Of a stretch of 44,586 nucleotides of DNA, positions 1 through 10,067 are shown piece after piece. The notes under the pieces are model-generated. The model was not told where the DNA came from and searched no databases. It saw only the letters and a list, made by a program, of their open reading frames with translations. Numbering within the stretch: position 1 is the first letter of the stretch; each line of letters opens with the position of its first letter. Both the position numbers and the translations under genes were made by a program. Source of the DNA: Acidimicrobiales bacterium (lineage in GTDB: Bacteria > Actinomycetota > Acidimicrobiia > Acidimicrobiales > Aldehydirespiratoraceae); NCBI GenBank assembly GCA_040263275.1, contig JBDQKM010000003.1, positions 1-44,586 of the forward strand, in the 5' to 3' direction.

Positions 1-1
1 G

Positions 2-2391
2 CCCGCGCTGCCGTGGCGTCTGCTGCACCTCCTGACCCTGGCCACGCTCGCCATCACCCAACCCCTGCTCGGGATCCTCGGCGACAATCCGACCTTCTTC
101 ACCGCCCACGACTCGAGTCCGACCCAGGTCGTCGCGCTGGCCCTGGCGGTCGCGCTCGTCCCGGCGGCGCTGCTCGGTGCGGTGGAGACGGTGATCCAGC
201 TCGTGCGGCCGCGGCTCACGGCACCCGTGCACCTCGCGTTCGTGGGTCTGCTCGGCTTCCTCGCACTCATCCAGGTCGTCGACGTCGCCCCCGGCCCATG
301 GGTGGTCCCGGTCGTGCTCGGTCTGGCGCTCACCGGCGGCCTGGTCCGGTGGTACGCGATCAGCGAGGCGGTTCGATCCGTGGCATCGGTGTTGGCATTC
401 ACGCCGGTGCTGTTCGTCGGCGTGTTCGTCTTCGTGTCGCCGGCCTCGGCGGTGGTGTTCCCCGACGACGTGGAGGCGGTGGAGCTCGCCGAGCTCGTCG
501 GCGGCGGTCTCGCCCTCGACCTCGGGCCCCAGGACACGACGGCGACCGAGACGGCTCGCCCGCTCACCATCGCGGAGCAGGTCGAGCAGCGGTTCCCGCC
601 CATCCACCTGCTGATCTTCGACGAACTCCCGATGGCGTCGCTGCTCGACGAGACCGGTGAGATCGACCGTGCCCGATGGCCGAACTTCGCCCGGCTGGGC
701 GACATGTCGCACCTGTTCTCCAATGCGACGACCGTGGGCTCCACGACCGAGGTCGCCGTGCCGGCCATGTTGACCGGCCGTACCGCTGCGGAGGCCGCGC
801 CGGTCTACTCGCTCTACCCCGAGAACCTCTTCACCCTCCTCGGCGACATCTACGACGTCTCATCGTCGGACCCGCTCGTCGACCTGTGCCCGCCCACGGT
901 GTGCGACGGCGCACCTCCCGAGGCGATCCTCGAGCTGCTGGCCACACCCACTCCGGTCGACGCGACGTCCACGACCATGCCCCCGACAACCATGCCCCCG
1001 ACGACCACCACGACCCCGGTCGCCACGGGACCCTCGGTCGTCGCAGACGGACCGTCCGACGCACAGGGCTCGTTCCGACTGTTGTTCGACGACGCGATGA
1101 TCGTGTTCGGCCATCTGGTCGCGCCGGAGGGCCTCGATCTCGGACTTCCCTCGATCGGCGCCGGCTGGGGGAACTTCGGCGGCGACCTGACCATCGACCA
1201 CCCCGCCGACGAGCCGGTGCCCACCACCGACACCACCACGACGACGACCACGACGACCACCACTCCGCCGTCCACGACGGCCCCGGTCGAGGTCGAGGTC
1301 GGGCGGGTGCCCGTGGGCGACGTGGTCGAGGTCGACGCGCAGGCCGTCACCGCGGAGAACACGGCCTTTCTCGACAGCCTCATCACCAACGACGCCAGGG
1401 TCGCCGACTTCCGGGCCGAGGTCGCGGCGATGCGAGCGGCGGACACCCCGAGGCTCCACTATCTCCACACCCTCCTGCCCCACGTGCCCTGGCGACTCCA
1501 TCCCGGGGGCGAGACCTATGTCGACGTCTACCTGGCCGGCTACTTCTCGCGCTGGGACGGTGACGAGACGTCGGCACGAGCCTCCCAGCAACGCCATCTC
1601 CTCCAGCTCGCCTTCGCCGACCGGCTGCTCGGCGAATACCTCGACCAGCTCGAAAAGGAGGGGGTGCTCGACCGGGCGACCGTGATCGTGTCGGCCGACC
1701 ACGGCATCTCGTTCCTGCCCGGCCACCCGACGCGGGGGTCGACAGCGAGAACCTCGGTGGCGTCGCCGGCGTCCCGTTCTTCTACAAGCTGCCCGGGCAG
1801 ACCAGCGGCGTCCGCCATCACGAGCCGGTGGAGACGATCGACATCGTGCCGACCATCGCCGCCCAGCTCGGCATCGACATCCCGTGGGCCCTCGACGGAC
1901 ACGATCTCTTCGGGCCGGAGGTCGACCGCGAGCGAGGCGTGCTCCACCCGCATGCCGCGCCGATCGTGGAGCCGTTCCAACCGCAGATGGATGCGGTGAC
2001 CGACGATCTCCTCGCCGTCTTCGGCAACGGCACGACGGGAAACCTCTACGGCCTCGCCGGACTCCACGACCGCATCGGCACCCCGGTCGACGACCTCTAC
2101 GACCGGTCCACCGCCTACTGCTGGGTCCGCGAGAACCGCGCCGCGACCGACGACGAACCGGATGCCACCGGGTTCGTCTACGGCCGGCTGTGGACGGCAC
2201 GGGCTGAGCGAATCCCGGTCGCACTGACGGCCGGCGACGTACTCACCGGCACTTCGGTGACGCTCGAACGGTTCGCGGCGCATCAGGTCTACGCACTCGG
2301 CGATCCCGCCTTCTGGACCGCCGACGCGGCCGACGCCATCGGACTCCACGAGATCGTCGAGGGCCGGCTCCACCCCATCCCGCGCTGCTGA
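2..2391 (+). CDS. Membrane-anchored sulfatase-like hydrolase/transferase (alkaline phosphatase superfamily); 5'-partial, frameshifted at ~1738
   Basis: Frame is open from position 2 (PALPWRLLHLLTLATLAITQPLLG...) with several hydrophobic segments. Motifs LLIFDEL, HTLLPHVPW, DRLLGEYLD, IVSADHG. After the G5 run at 1734-1738 the expected C-terminus (GVPFFYKLPGQ...VETIDIVPTIA) continues in the frame of ORF 1828..2391. Confidence 0.8.
971..1000 (+). repeat. 15-bp tandem repeat x2 (ACrACCATGCCCCCG) encoding TTMPP-TTMPP
   Basis: Read directly: 971-985 and 986-1000 differ at one base. Confidence 0.85.
1223..1264 (+). repeat. Low-complexity ACN codon run (TTD followed by 11 Thr)
   Basis: Read directly; in-frame poly-Thr using mixed ACC/ACG/ACT codons. 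Confidence 0.85.
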
Positions 2392-2421
2392 ACGGCCGTG
2401 ATCCCGCGAGGTGATGGAGGC

Positions 2422-3651
2422 TCAGTCCACCAGTCCGAGGTGCGCAGCGGCGCGAAGGCCCGCCAGCCGCCCCGTGGCGAAACACGCCTGCAGCAGGTAG
2501 CCACCGGTCGGCGCGTCCCAATCGAGCATCTCCCCGGCGATGAAGACGCCCTGACGGGCTCGCAGCATCAGGCCGTCGTCGAGCTGATCGAAGCGCACCC
2601 CACCTGCCGTGGAGATGGCCCGATCGAGCGGGGCAAGAGCCTCCACCTCGATCGGCGCGGCCCGAAGGAGCCGGGCTATGGCGAGCGGATCGTCGGGCAG
2701 TCGGTTGCCGGTGGCTTCGCGCAGAAGACCCACCACGACCGGCGCGAGGCCGGCGTCGCGGAGCCAGGTGGACTGGGATGCCTTCGGCCGGCGCCGCTCC
2801 AGCCGGGCCGCCAACGCGGCTTCGTCGAGGTCGGGCGAGAGATCGAGGTGCACGACGGTCGGGAACACCGCGGCCTCACCCAGCGGTCCCGACAGGGCGT
2901 AGACCGGGCCGCCTTCGAGGCCGGACCGGGTGACCACCAACTCGCCGCGGACGGCGAGCCCGGCGGCCGAGGCCGACACGTTCTTCACCGGCGTGCCCTC
3001 GAAACGCTCGAGGAAGACGGCCGACCACGCCACCTGCAGGCCGCAGTTCGACGGGCGCAACGGGGCGACGACGATACCGTCGGCGCGCAGATCCTCGGTC
3101 CACTCGCCCGCCGATCCGACCGAGGGCCAGCTGGCCCCACCCACCGCGATCACGGTCGCGTCGGCGGCCACCCGCACCTCCGCCGTCGACGACTCGGCCG
3201 CTCCCCCGGCGGAGGCGGTGAACCGCAGCTCGTCGCCGTCCCAGCCCGTCCAGCGGTGACGGGGCCGGAGTTCCACGCCGAGCTCGCCGAGACGCCCGAG
3301 CCACGCTCGCAGGAGTGGGGCGGCGCGATGGGCAGCCGGGAAGACCCGTCCACTCGAACCGACAAAGGTCGCCTGTCCGAGCCCGTCGGCCCATTCGCGC
3401 ACGGCCGCCGGCGGGAAGCACTCGAGGGCGGCCCGCAGCGCCGACGGCATGGCGCGATAGCGGCCGACGAGTTCGTCGAACGCCTCGCTGTGGGTCAGGT
3501 TGAGGCCGCTGCGGCCGGCCAGGAGGAGCTTCCGTCCGGGCGACCGATGCAGCTCGAAGACCGTCACTTCGGCGCCCGCCGTGGCGAGCACCTCCGCGGC
3601 CATGAGACCCGCAGGCCCCGCGCCCACCACGGCGACCGAGGCCTGAGACAC
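2422..3651 (-). CDS. NAD(P)/FAD-dependent oxidoreductase, HI0933/BaiN-like (TIGR03862 flavoprotein type)
   Basis: VVGAGPAGLMAA dinucleotide motif, GRKLLLAGRSGLNLTH, GSSGRVFP, AISTAGGV, GEMLDWDAPTGGYLLQACFATG. Confidence 0.9.
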   Translation of the reverse strand: MSQASVAVVGAGPAGLMAAEVLATAGAEVTVFELHRSPGRKLLLAGRSGLNLTHSEAFDELVGRYRAMPSALRAALECFPPAAVREWADGLGQATFVGSSGRVFPAAHRAAPLLRAWLGRLGELGVELRPRHRWTGWDGDELRFTASAGGAAESSTAEVRVAADATVIAVGGASWPSVGSAGEWTEDLRADGIVVAPLRPSNCGLQVAWSAVFLERFEGTPVKNVSASAAGLAVRGELVVTRSGLEGGPVYALSGPLGEAAVFPTVVHLDLSPDLDEAALAARLERRRPKASQSTWLRDAGLAPVVVGLLREATGNRLPDDPLAIARLLRAAPIEVEALAPLDRAISTAGGVRFDQLDDGLMLRARQGVFIAGEMLDWDAPTGGYLLQACFATGRLAGLRAAAHLGLVD

Positions 3652-3657
3652 GGGAGA

Positions 3658-4818
3658 TCAGCCGGTCTCGACGCCGAGCGCACGCGCGACGAGCACCATC
3701 GGGTGGACTGTCTCGACCCCGGCCGCCGCGAGATGCATCGCACATCCGGGGTTGGCACTGGCGACGACATCGGGCGTGGCCCGGTCGATCGCCGCGACCT
3801 TGCGGTCCCGGATCTGAACGGCCAGTTCGGGCTCGAACACCGAGTAGGCGCCCCCCGCGCCGCAACACAGGCCTTCGTCGTCGAGCTCCGCGAGCTCACG
3901 GACGAAGGGCGCCAGCACGGTGCGGGTTGCGGGGTGGACCCGCTGGACGTGGCGGAGATGGCAGGGATCCTGCACGGCCACCCGGAGGTCGAGCGGGTCG
4001 ACCTCGGGGAGTCGGTCGACATGGCCGGCGAGCCATTCCTGGATGTCGAACACCCGAGCCGAGAACGCCGCGGCCTCCGCGGTCCCGAGTAGGTGGCCGT
4101 AGTCCTTCATCGCCGCGCCGCAACCGGCGGAGTCGACCAGAATCGGACGGTCGTCGCCGCCCAGCGCCGTCATCATGGACTCGGCCAGCCGTCGGGTCTG
4201 GTCGGTGAGCCCGGCGTGGGCCTGGAGGGCACCGCAACACGGAGCGACGTCACCCGTGGGGGTCACGCCGAAGCCGGCTGCCTCGACCACGCGCTGCCCG
4301 GCCACATGGACGTCGCGCTGCCACGCGTCCATGACACAGCCGGTGAAGAGATACACGTCGGCACCCGACGCGACGTGGGGGACGCGCCGCACCGGCATGT
4401 CCCTCGGCAAGCCGAACCGACGGGGCACGAGACGCAGGCGGTTGGCGATCGCGAGGGCCGAACTCCCGAATCGGAGGAGCCGCGGGTGAGCCAGCGGTCG
4501 GTAGAGCAGACGCAGCCACCAGGGCGTCATGCGCCGCTCGGTCACCAGGGTCTCGCGGGTCCGCTCCATCAGGTGGCCGTAGGGAACACTGCTCGGGCAC
4601 GCGGGCTCGCAGGCGCGGCACTGGACGCAACTCTCGAACGATTCGCTGATCTCGGGGGTGATCGGTGCGCCACCGAGCTGCACTTCGCGCATGAGCTGGA
4701 TCCGTCCCCGCGGGCTGCGGGTCTCGTCACCGGTGACGCGGTACGTGGGGCAGTGCGGGAGACAGAGCCCGCACTGCACACAGGTGTTGAGTTCGTCGGG
4801 GAGGAGTCGGAGGTCCAT
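3658..4818 (-). CDS. glcF: Glycolate oxidase Fe-S subunit GlcF-like ((Fe-S)-binding, CCG domains)
   Basis: Two CxxCxxCxxxCP motifs (CVQCGLCLPHCP, CVQCRACEPACP), SPRGRI, two CCG motifs, DPCHLRH, SANPGC. ATG at 4818 overlaps the stop of the upstream gene. Confidence 0.85.
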   Translation of the reverse strand: MDLRLLPDELNTCVQCGLCLPHCPTYRVTGDETRSPRGRIQLMREVQLGGAPITPEISESFESCVQCRACEPACPSSVPYGHLMERTRETLVTERRMTPWWLRLLYRPLAHPRLLRFGSSALAIANRLRLVPRRFGLPRDMPVRRVPHVASGADVYLFTGCVMDAWQRDVHVAGQRVVEAAGFGVTPTGDVAPCCGALQAHAGLTDQTRRLAESMMTALGGDDRPILVDSAGCGAAMKDYGHLLGTAEAAAFSARVFDIQEWLAGHVDRLPEVDPLDLRVAVQDPCHLRHVQRVHPATRTVLAPFVRELAELDDEGLCCGAGGAYSVFEPELAVQIRDRKVAAIDRATPDVVASANPGCAMHLAAAGVETVHPMVLVARALGVETG

Positions 4819-5738
4819 CAGCCCACCGTTCGGCCCGGGTTGAGCCGGCCGGTCGGGTCGAAGTTGTGTTTCACCCGGGCGGCCAACGCGGCGACACCGG
4901 CGTCGACCACCCTGTCGGGCTGGGCCTGATCGGACCACGCGAGGCCCACCCCCACACTCACGACGCTGGTGCCGTCGTTGCGGGCCGGGAGCGCGAGCGC
5001 GTCGGCCGGGCTCAGCGACCAGCGGTGGGGCGGCAGCGGCGGTGGGCCTTCGACCTCCGTGAATCCCGCCAGATCCCGGAGACGGACGGCGTCGGCCTCG
5101 ATGTCGGGCCCGTGGCCCTCGAGCAGGACCCAGGTGGTCGTGCCGTCCCAGCGGACGTCGGCCGCCCGGTGGATCGCGGCGAGCGTGACCGACGGATCGG
5201 CGTCAGCCGACGACAGCCACCGTGAGGCCGCAGGCACGGGATTGGTCCGGAGCACGAACTCGACCATCAGACCCAGCGTCCCGAGGGAGCCGGTCATCAG
5301 CTTGGGCAGGTTGTAGCCGGTCACGTTCTTCACGACCGGTCCCCCGCCGGTGACGAGCTCGCCTTCCGCGCTCACGTAGCGGACCTGCAGCACGGCATCG
5401 CGGAGCCGGCCCCGACCCATCACATCGACGGGGTTCTCGCCGACGGCGACCGCCCCGCCGACCGTGCCACCGCGTTCGGGGAGGGCGGTGCGTTGCCCGT
5501 GGGCGGAGAGCTCGGCCGCGAGCTCGGCGACGGTGGTGCCCGCCCGTACCTGCACCGTCATCTCCGGAGCCGAGTATGCGACGATGCTCGCCGGCGCGGA
5601 CACCACCCGGGCTCCGTCGTCGAGCGCGCCGCCCACGCCCCAGCGGGTCCGTCCACCGGCAACGGCGACGGGCCCCTCGGCCCCGACCTCGGCCGCGAAC
5701 TCGTGGAGCACCGGATCGGTGATCGTGAGCGTGCTCAT
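4818..5738 (-). CDS. glcE: Glycolate oxidase FAD-binding subunit GlcE-like
   Basis: GGTVGGAVA, GGPVVKNVTGYNLPKLMTGSLGTLG, C-terminal FDPTGRLNPGR; lies between the glcD- and glcF-like genes. Confidence 0.8.
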   Translation of the reverse strand: MSTLTITDPVLHEFAAEVGAEGPVAVAGGRTRWGVGGALDDGARVVSAPASIVAYSAPEMTVQVRAGTTVAELAAELSAHGQRTALPERGGTVGGAVAVGENPVDVMGRGRLRDAVLQVRYVSAEGELVTGGGPVVKNVTGYNLPKLMTGSLGTLGLMVEFVLRTNPVPAASRWLSSADADPSVTLAAIHRAADVRWDGTTTWVLLEGHGPDIEADAVRLRDLAGFTEVEGPPPLPPHRWSLSPADALALPARNDGTSVVSVGVGLAWSDQAQPDRVVDAGVAALAARVKHNFDPTGRLNPGRTVG

Positions 5739-7204
5739 CCCCACACCTCGGTGGGCACGGACCGCAGCGCCTGGATGTCGGCACAGGAGTGCCCCATCGG
5801 GAGCACCTTCCCGGGGTTGGCCCGGCAGACCGGATCGAAGGCGCGGCGCAGCCGGTTCTGGTGCTCGAGGTCGGCGTCGCTGAACAGCTCGTCCATGAAC
5901 CGCTGCTTCTCGACCCCGACGCCGTGCTCGCCGCTCAGCACACCGCCGGCCGCCAGCGAGGCGCGGAGGATCTCGGCCCCGGCGGCGTGGACGCGCTCGA
6001 GGGTCCCCTCCTCGCGGGCATCGAAGAGCAGGAGCGGGTGGAGGTTGCCGTCACCGGCATGGAAGACGTTCATCACCACGACGTCGTGGCGGTCGGCGAT
6101 CTCGTAGACCTGTTCGAGCACGTCGGCGAGCGCGGAACGGGGAACGACCGTGTCGTGCAGGTAGTAGTCGGGGGCGAGCTGGGCGATGGCACCGAACGCC
6201 GTCTTGCGGCCCTTCCACAACAGCTCGCGTTCGTGGTCGGATCCGGCCCGGCGCACATCGGTCGCACCGTTGGCCCGGCCGATCTCCTCGATCTGCGCGG
6301 CATCGATGTCGACGCCGTCGTCGAGGCCTTCGATCTCGGCGAGCAGCACTGCGGCCGCGTCGACCGGATACCCGGCGGCCACGAAGTTCTCGACCGCCAC
6401 CGTGATCCGCTGGTCCATGACCTCGAGGGCGGCGGGCACGATGCCGGCGGCGATGATCGCGCTGACCGTCTCGGCCGCATCGCGAACGGCGGCGAACGAC
6501 AGCAACAGGGTGCGCACCGCCGGCGGATTCCTCGTGAGCCGCACCGCGATGCGAGTGGAGATGCCGAGGGTGCCTTCGCCACCGACGAAGGCGCCCCGCA
6601 GGTCGTAACCGACCGGCTCGGCCTCGAGACCGCCGAGCATGACGACCTCACCGTCGGCCAGCACCACTTCGACCGCCACGACGTGGGCGTCGGTCACGCC
6701 GTAGGCGAGACAGTGCGGACCGCCCGAGTTGTTGGCGACGTTGCCGCCGAGGGTGCACACCGCCTGGCTCGAAGGGTCCGGGGCGAAGTGGTAGCCGAGT
6801 GGACGGAGGTGCTTCGAGAGGTCGAGGTTGATCACACCCGGCTCGACCCAGACGACCCCGTTGGCCTCGTCGACCTCGAGGATGCGGTTCATCTTCCCGG
6901 TCGACACCACGATCGGTGCGCCGAGGGGAATGGCGCCGCCGGCCAGGCCGGTACCCGCGCCACGCGGCACCACTGCGGCGTCGTGACGGGCGGCCACCCG
7001 CATGATCGCCTGCACCTCGTCGGTGGAGATCGGGAAGCAGGTGGGTCCGGCGACGCCGCCGCCGAACACCGACGCGTCCTTGGCCATCAGGGCGCGCTCT
7101 GCGCCGTCGACCCGCACCCGATCGTCGGACAGCGCGGCGCGGAGGTCAGCCACGAGGGGGGCGACCGGCGCAGCCCGGCGGGTGAGTCGATCGAGGAGCC
7201 CCAT
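5735..7204 (-). CDS. glcD: Glycolate oxidase subunit GlcD-like FAD-linked oxidase
   Basis: PRGAGTGLAGGA, PDPSSQAVCTLGGNVANNSGGPHCLAYGVT, HAGDGNLHP, SGEHGVGVEK, NPGKVLP. -10 TACGCT lies 7 nt before ATG 7204. Confidence 0.85.
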   Translation of the reverse strand: MGLLDRLTRRAAPVAPLVADLRAALSDDRVRVDGAERALMAKDASVFGGGVAGPTCFPISTDEVQAIMRVAARHDAAVVPRGAGTGLAGGAIPLGAPIVVSTGKMNRILEVDEANGVVWVEPGVINLDLSKHLRPLGYHFAPDPSSQAVCTLGGNVANNSGGPHCLAYGVTDAHVVAVEVVLADGEVVMLGGLEAEPVGYDLRGAFVGGEGTLGISTRIAVRLTRNPPAVRTLLLSFAAVRDAAETVSAIIAAGIVPAALEVMDQRITVAVENFVAAGYPVDAAAVLLAEIEGLDDGVDIDAAQIEEIGRANGATDVRRAGSDHERELLWKGRKTAFGAIAQLAPDYYLHDTVVPRSALADVLEQVYEIADRHDVVVMNVFHAGDGNLHPLLLFDAREEGTLERVHAAGAEILRASLAAGGVLSGEHGVGVEKQRFMDELFSDADLEHQNRLRRAFDPVCRANPGKVLPMGHSCADIQALRSVPTEVWG

Positions 7205-7272
7205 CGGACCCAGCGTACGGCCCGACGGACCCCGCATCGACAGGGCACCCCGGGGCGCGACATGCTTCGGGC

Positions 7273-8196
7273 ATGAAACGGTCGCTCCCGCTGGACAAGG
7301 TCGACCTGGTCTCGGGTCCGATCTTCGTCATCACGATGCTCGCCGAGGCGCGAGCCCTGAAGCACCGTCGGCTCCGCGAGCCGGGCGACCTCGACAGCTG
7401 GACCAAGGCCCAGCTGTCCGATCCCACCCCGCCGCCCGACGAGCTCGTCCCGGTGGGCTACGAACGGCGGGACACCGCCGCGAGCCTGGCGATGCTCGTC
7501 GGGAACGTCGCGGTGAACGCGGCCTACTACGGCCTGTTGTCACGCACGAGCCGGTTCCTCTTCCGTCATCGGGTCGCCGATCTCGGCAAGCGCAAGGGAT
7601 CGTTCCTGGTGTCGATGGTGATGTGGGACTTCCTCTACTACTGGAGTCACCGCTGGCAGCACGAGAAGCGGATCCTCTGGGCCAACCACGTCACCCACCA
7701 CTCGAGCGAGCACTACAACCTGTCGACGGCACTGCGCCAGCCCTGGTCGGGCTATCTCACCTCATGGGTGTTCTTCCCGATGCCACTGCTCGGCATCCCG
7801 CTGCAGCAGACCGCACGCGCCGGGCAGCTCAACCTGCTCTACCAGTACTGGATCCACACCGAGGTCATCGATCGTCTCGATCCGGTGAGCGAGTCGGTGC
7901 TCAACACGCCCTCGCACCACCGTGTCCACCATGGCGCGAATCCGCAGTATCTCGACAAGAACTACGGCGGCATCCTCATCAGCTGGGACAAGCTCTTCGG
8001 CACGTTCGAACCCGAGGTGCGACGGGTGAAATACGGCCTGACGAAGAACATCAAGACCTTCAACCCCATCCGGATCGGCTATCACGAGATGACCGACATC
8101 GCCCGCGATGTCCGGCGGGCGAAGGGCTGGCGCAACAAGCTCGGCCACGTCTTCCGCCGTCCGGGATGGCAGCCCGAGCCGGTGCCGATCAGCTGA
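7273..8196 (+). CDS. Sterol desaturase / fatty acid hydroxylase family protein (alkylglycerol monooxygenase-like)
   Basis: His boxes HRWQH, HVTHHSS, YQYWIHT, PSHHRVHH; NYGGILISWDKLFGTF. Confidence 0.9.
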   Translation: MKRSLPLDKVDLVSGPIFVITMLAEARALKHRRLREPGDLDSWTKAQLSDPTPPPDELVPVGYERRDTAASLAMLVGNVAVNAAYYGLLSRTSRFLFRHRVADLGKRKGSFLVSMVMWDFLYYWSHRWQHEKRILWANHVTHHSSEHYNLSTALRQPWSGYLTSWVFFPMPLLGIPLQQTARAGQLNLLYQYWIHTEVIDRLDPVSESVLNTPSHHRVHHGANPQYLDKNYGGILISWDKLFGTFEPEVRRVKYGLTKNIKTFNPIRIGYHEMTDIARDVRRAKGWRNKLGHVFRRPGWQPEPVPIS

Positions 8197-9193
8197 ACGC
8201 GTCGGCGTAGGCGAACACGCCGGGTTGTCCGCCGGTGTGAAGGAAGACCACATCGCCGGCCGGGTCGAGATCCGGCAGCCGATCGATCAGCCGGGCCATG
8301 GCCTTGGCCGTGTACACCGGGTCGAGAAGCACGCCTTCGGTGCGGGCCAGGGTGAGCAACGCGGCGTGGGACTCGACGGTCTCGATGCCGTAGCCCTCGC
8401 CGAGCGCGTCGCCGTCGACCGTCCACGCGCCGATCCCGGAATCCGTGTCGACGTCGAGCTGCAGAAGTGCGCCCGTGTCGGCCACCAGCCGTTCGATGGT
8501 CGCGGCCGTGTGCGCCTCGTCGGCGTAGACCGCGGCGGCCGTGACGGGGAGATCGAAGCCGGCCGCGGCGAGCCCGACGATCAACCCTGCAGCCGTCCCC
8601 CCGGTCGACGAGGCCACGACGAGCTCGAGCGGGGTCACCGCCGCCGCGCCCAGCTGGCCGACGAGCTCCGCCACCGCATCGACGTATCCCAAGGCGCCGA
8701 TCGGACTCGATCCACCGGGATCGACGAAGTAGCGCCCCGGATCCTCGTCGGCGAGTTGGCCGGCGCGGATCACGGCACCCTCGTCGTCGGCCACGAGATG
8801 CACGGTCGCGCCGAGGATGTCGTCGAGAAGGCGGTTGCCTCCCGACCGGTAGAGGTCGGTGGGTCGGTCGACCGCATCGATGAGCACGAGGTCACACGGC
8901 AGCCCCACCCGGGCGCAGGCCGCCGCGGTCTGCCGGGCATGGTTCGACTGCACCGCGCCGAAGGTCACGACGCCGGTCGCCTCCTTCTGCCTGGCGTCGC
9001 CGAGGAGGTACTCGAGCTTGCGGGTCTTGTTCCCACCGAAGGCGAGCCCGGTGCAGTCGTCGCGTTTCAGCCACACGAGCGGCCCCCCGACCTCGGCCTG
9101 GAGACGGTGACAGGGCTCGAGCGGGGTCGGCCAGTGCCCGAGTGCGACGCGTGACACCGCCGCCGCGGAAGCCGCGGATTCGCGTTCGGTCAT
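8189..9193 (-). CDS. D-cysteine desulfhydrase / ACC deaminase family PLP enzyme
   Basis: [28 protein letters not shown] (PLP Lys), [38 protein letters not shown] 9193 overlaps the tauD stop. Confidence 0.9.
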   Translation of the reverse strand: MTERESAASAAAVSRVALGHWPTPLEPCHRLQAEVGGPLVWLKRDDCTGLAFGGNKTRKLEYLLGDARQKEATGVVTFGAVQSNHARQTAAACARVGLPCDLVLIDAVDRPTDLYRSGGNRLLDDILGATVHLVADDEGAVIRAGQLADEDPGRYFVDPGGSSPIGALGYVDAVAELVGQLGAAAVTPLELVVASSTGGTAAGLIVGLAAAGFDLPVTAAAVYADEAHTAATIERLVADTGALLQLDVDTDSGIGAWTVDGDALGEGYGIETVESHAALLTLARTEGVLLDPVYTAKAMARLIDRLPDLDPAGDVVFLHTGGQPGVFAYADAFS

Positions 9194-10026
9194 GCCGGCC
9201 GGTCGCCCTTGACCGTCACCCGACGCATGTGGCGACGCTGCCCGGCGTAGTCGTGGAGGGCGTAGTGCTGCACGCTCCGGTTGTCCCACATCACGAGCGT
9301 GCCGGGTTCCCAGCGGACCCGACAGGTGAACCGCTCCTTCACCGCGTGACCGAGGAGGAAGCGAAGAAGACTGCGTGACTCGGCTGTGTGGAGTCCATCG
9401 ATGGCGATGGTGAACGCGCCGTTCACATAGAGCGCTCTGCGGCCCGACTCGGGATGGGTCCGCACCACCGGGTGACGCACGACGCTGTCGGCTCGGTCGG
9501 CCGCCCTGGTCTGCATCGACTTGTGCTGCGTCGAGAGTCCGTCCGCGCCGTACTGCGGGCCGGGTGAGTGCACACCGACCAGGCCTTCGAGCATCCCCTT
9601 CATCGTGTCGCTCAGCGCGTCGTAGGCCGCGTGCTGGTTCGCGAAGAGGGTGTCGCCTGCACCGTCCGGCACGTCGACGGCGTAGAGGATCGAGCCGAGA
9701 TCGGGCTCGGGGAGGAAGGTCACGTCGGTGTGCCAACCGCCGCCGAAGTTGAACCTGTCGTCGGGCTCGGTGACCACATCGAGGATCTCCGGATGCTCAG
9801 CGTTGCCCGCGACGAACGGATGGGTGTCGAGCTCCCCGAACGACCGTCCGAACCGCATCTGCTGCTCGGGCGACAGATCCTGGTCGCGGAACACGAGCAC
9901 GTGGTGCTCGACGAAGGCGGCCCGGATCGCGGCGACGAGATCGTCGTCGAGGGCGCCGCCGAGGTCGATCCCATGGACCGACGCACCGAGCGATCCGGAC
10001 AGCGGTCGGGTGTCGAGGGCAACCAT
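9190..10026 (-). CDS. TauD/TfdA family Fe(II)/2-oxoglutarate dioxygenase (taurine/alkylsulfate type)
   Basis: WHTDVTF (HxD), [43 protein letters not shown]. Confidence 0.92.
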   Translation of the reverse strand: MVALDTRPLSGSLGASVHGIDLGGALDDDLVAAIRAAFVEHHVLVFRDQDLSPEQQMRFGRSFGELDTHPFVAGNAEHPEILDVVTEPDDRFNFGGGWHTDVTFLPEPDLGSILYAVDVPDGAGDTLFANQHAAYDALSDTMKGMLEGLVGVHSPGPQYGADGLSTQHKSMQTRAADRADSVVRHPVVRTHPESGRRALYVNGAFTIAIDGLHTAESRSLLRFLLGHAVKERFTCRVRWEPGTLVMWDNRSVQHYALHDYAGQRRHMRRVTVKGDRPA

Positions 10027-10067
10027 CGCCCGACGGTAGCGCAGGGCAACCGCACTAACCTCCGGCC

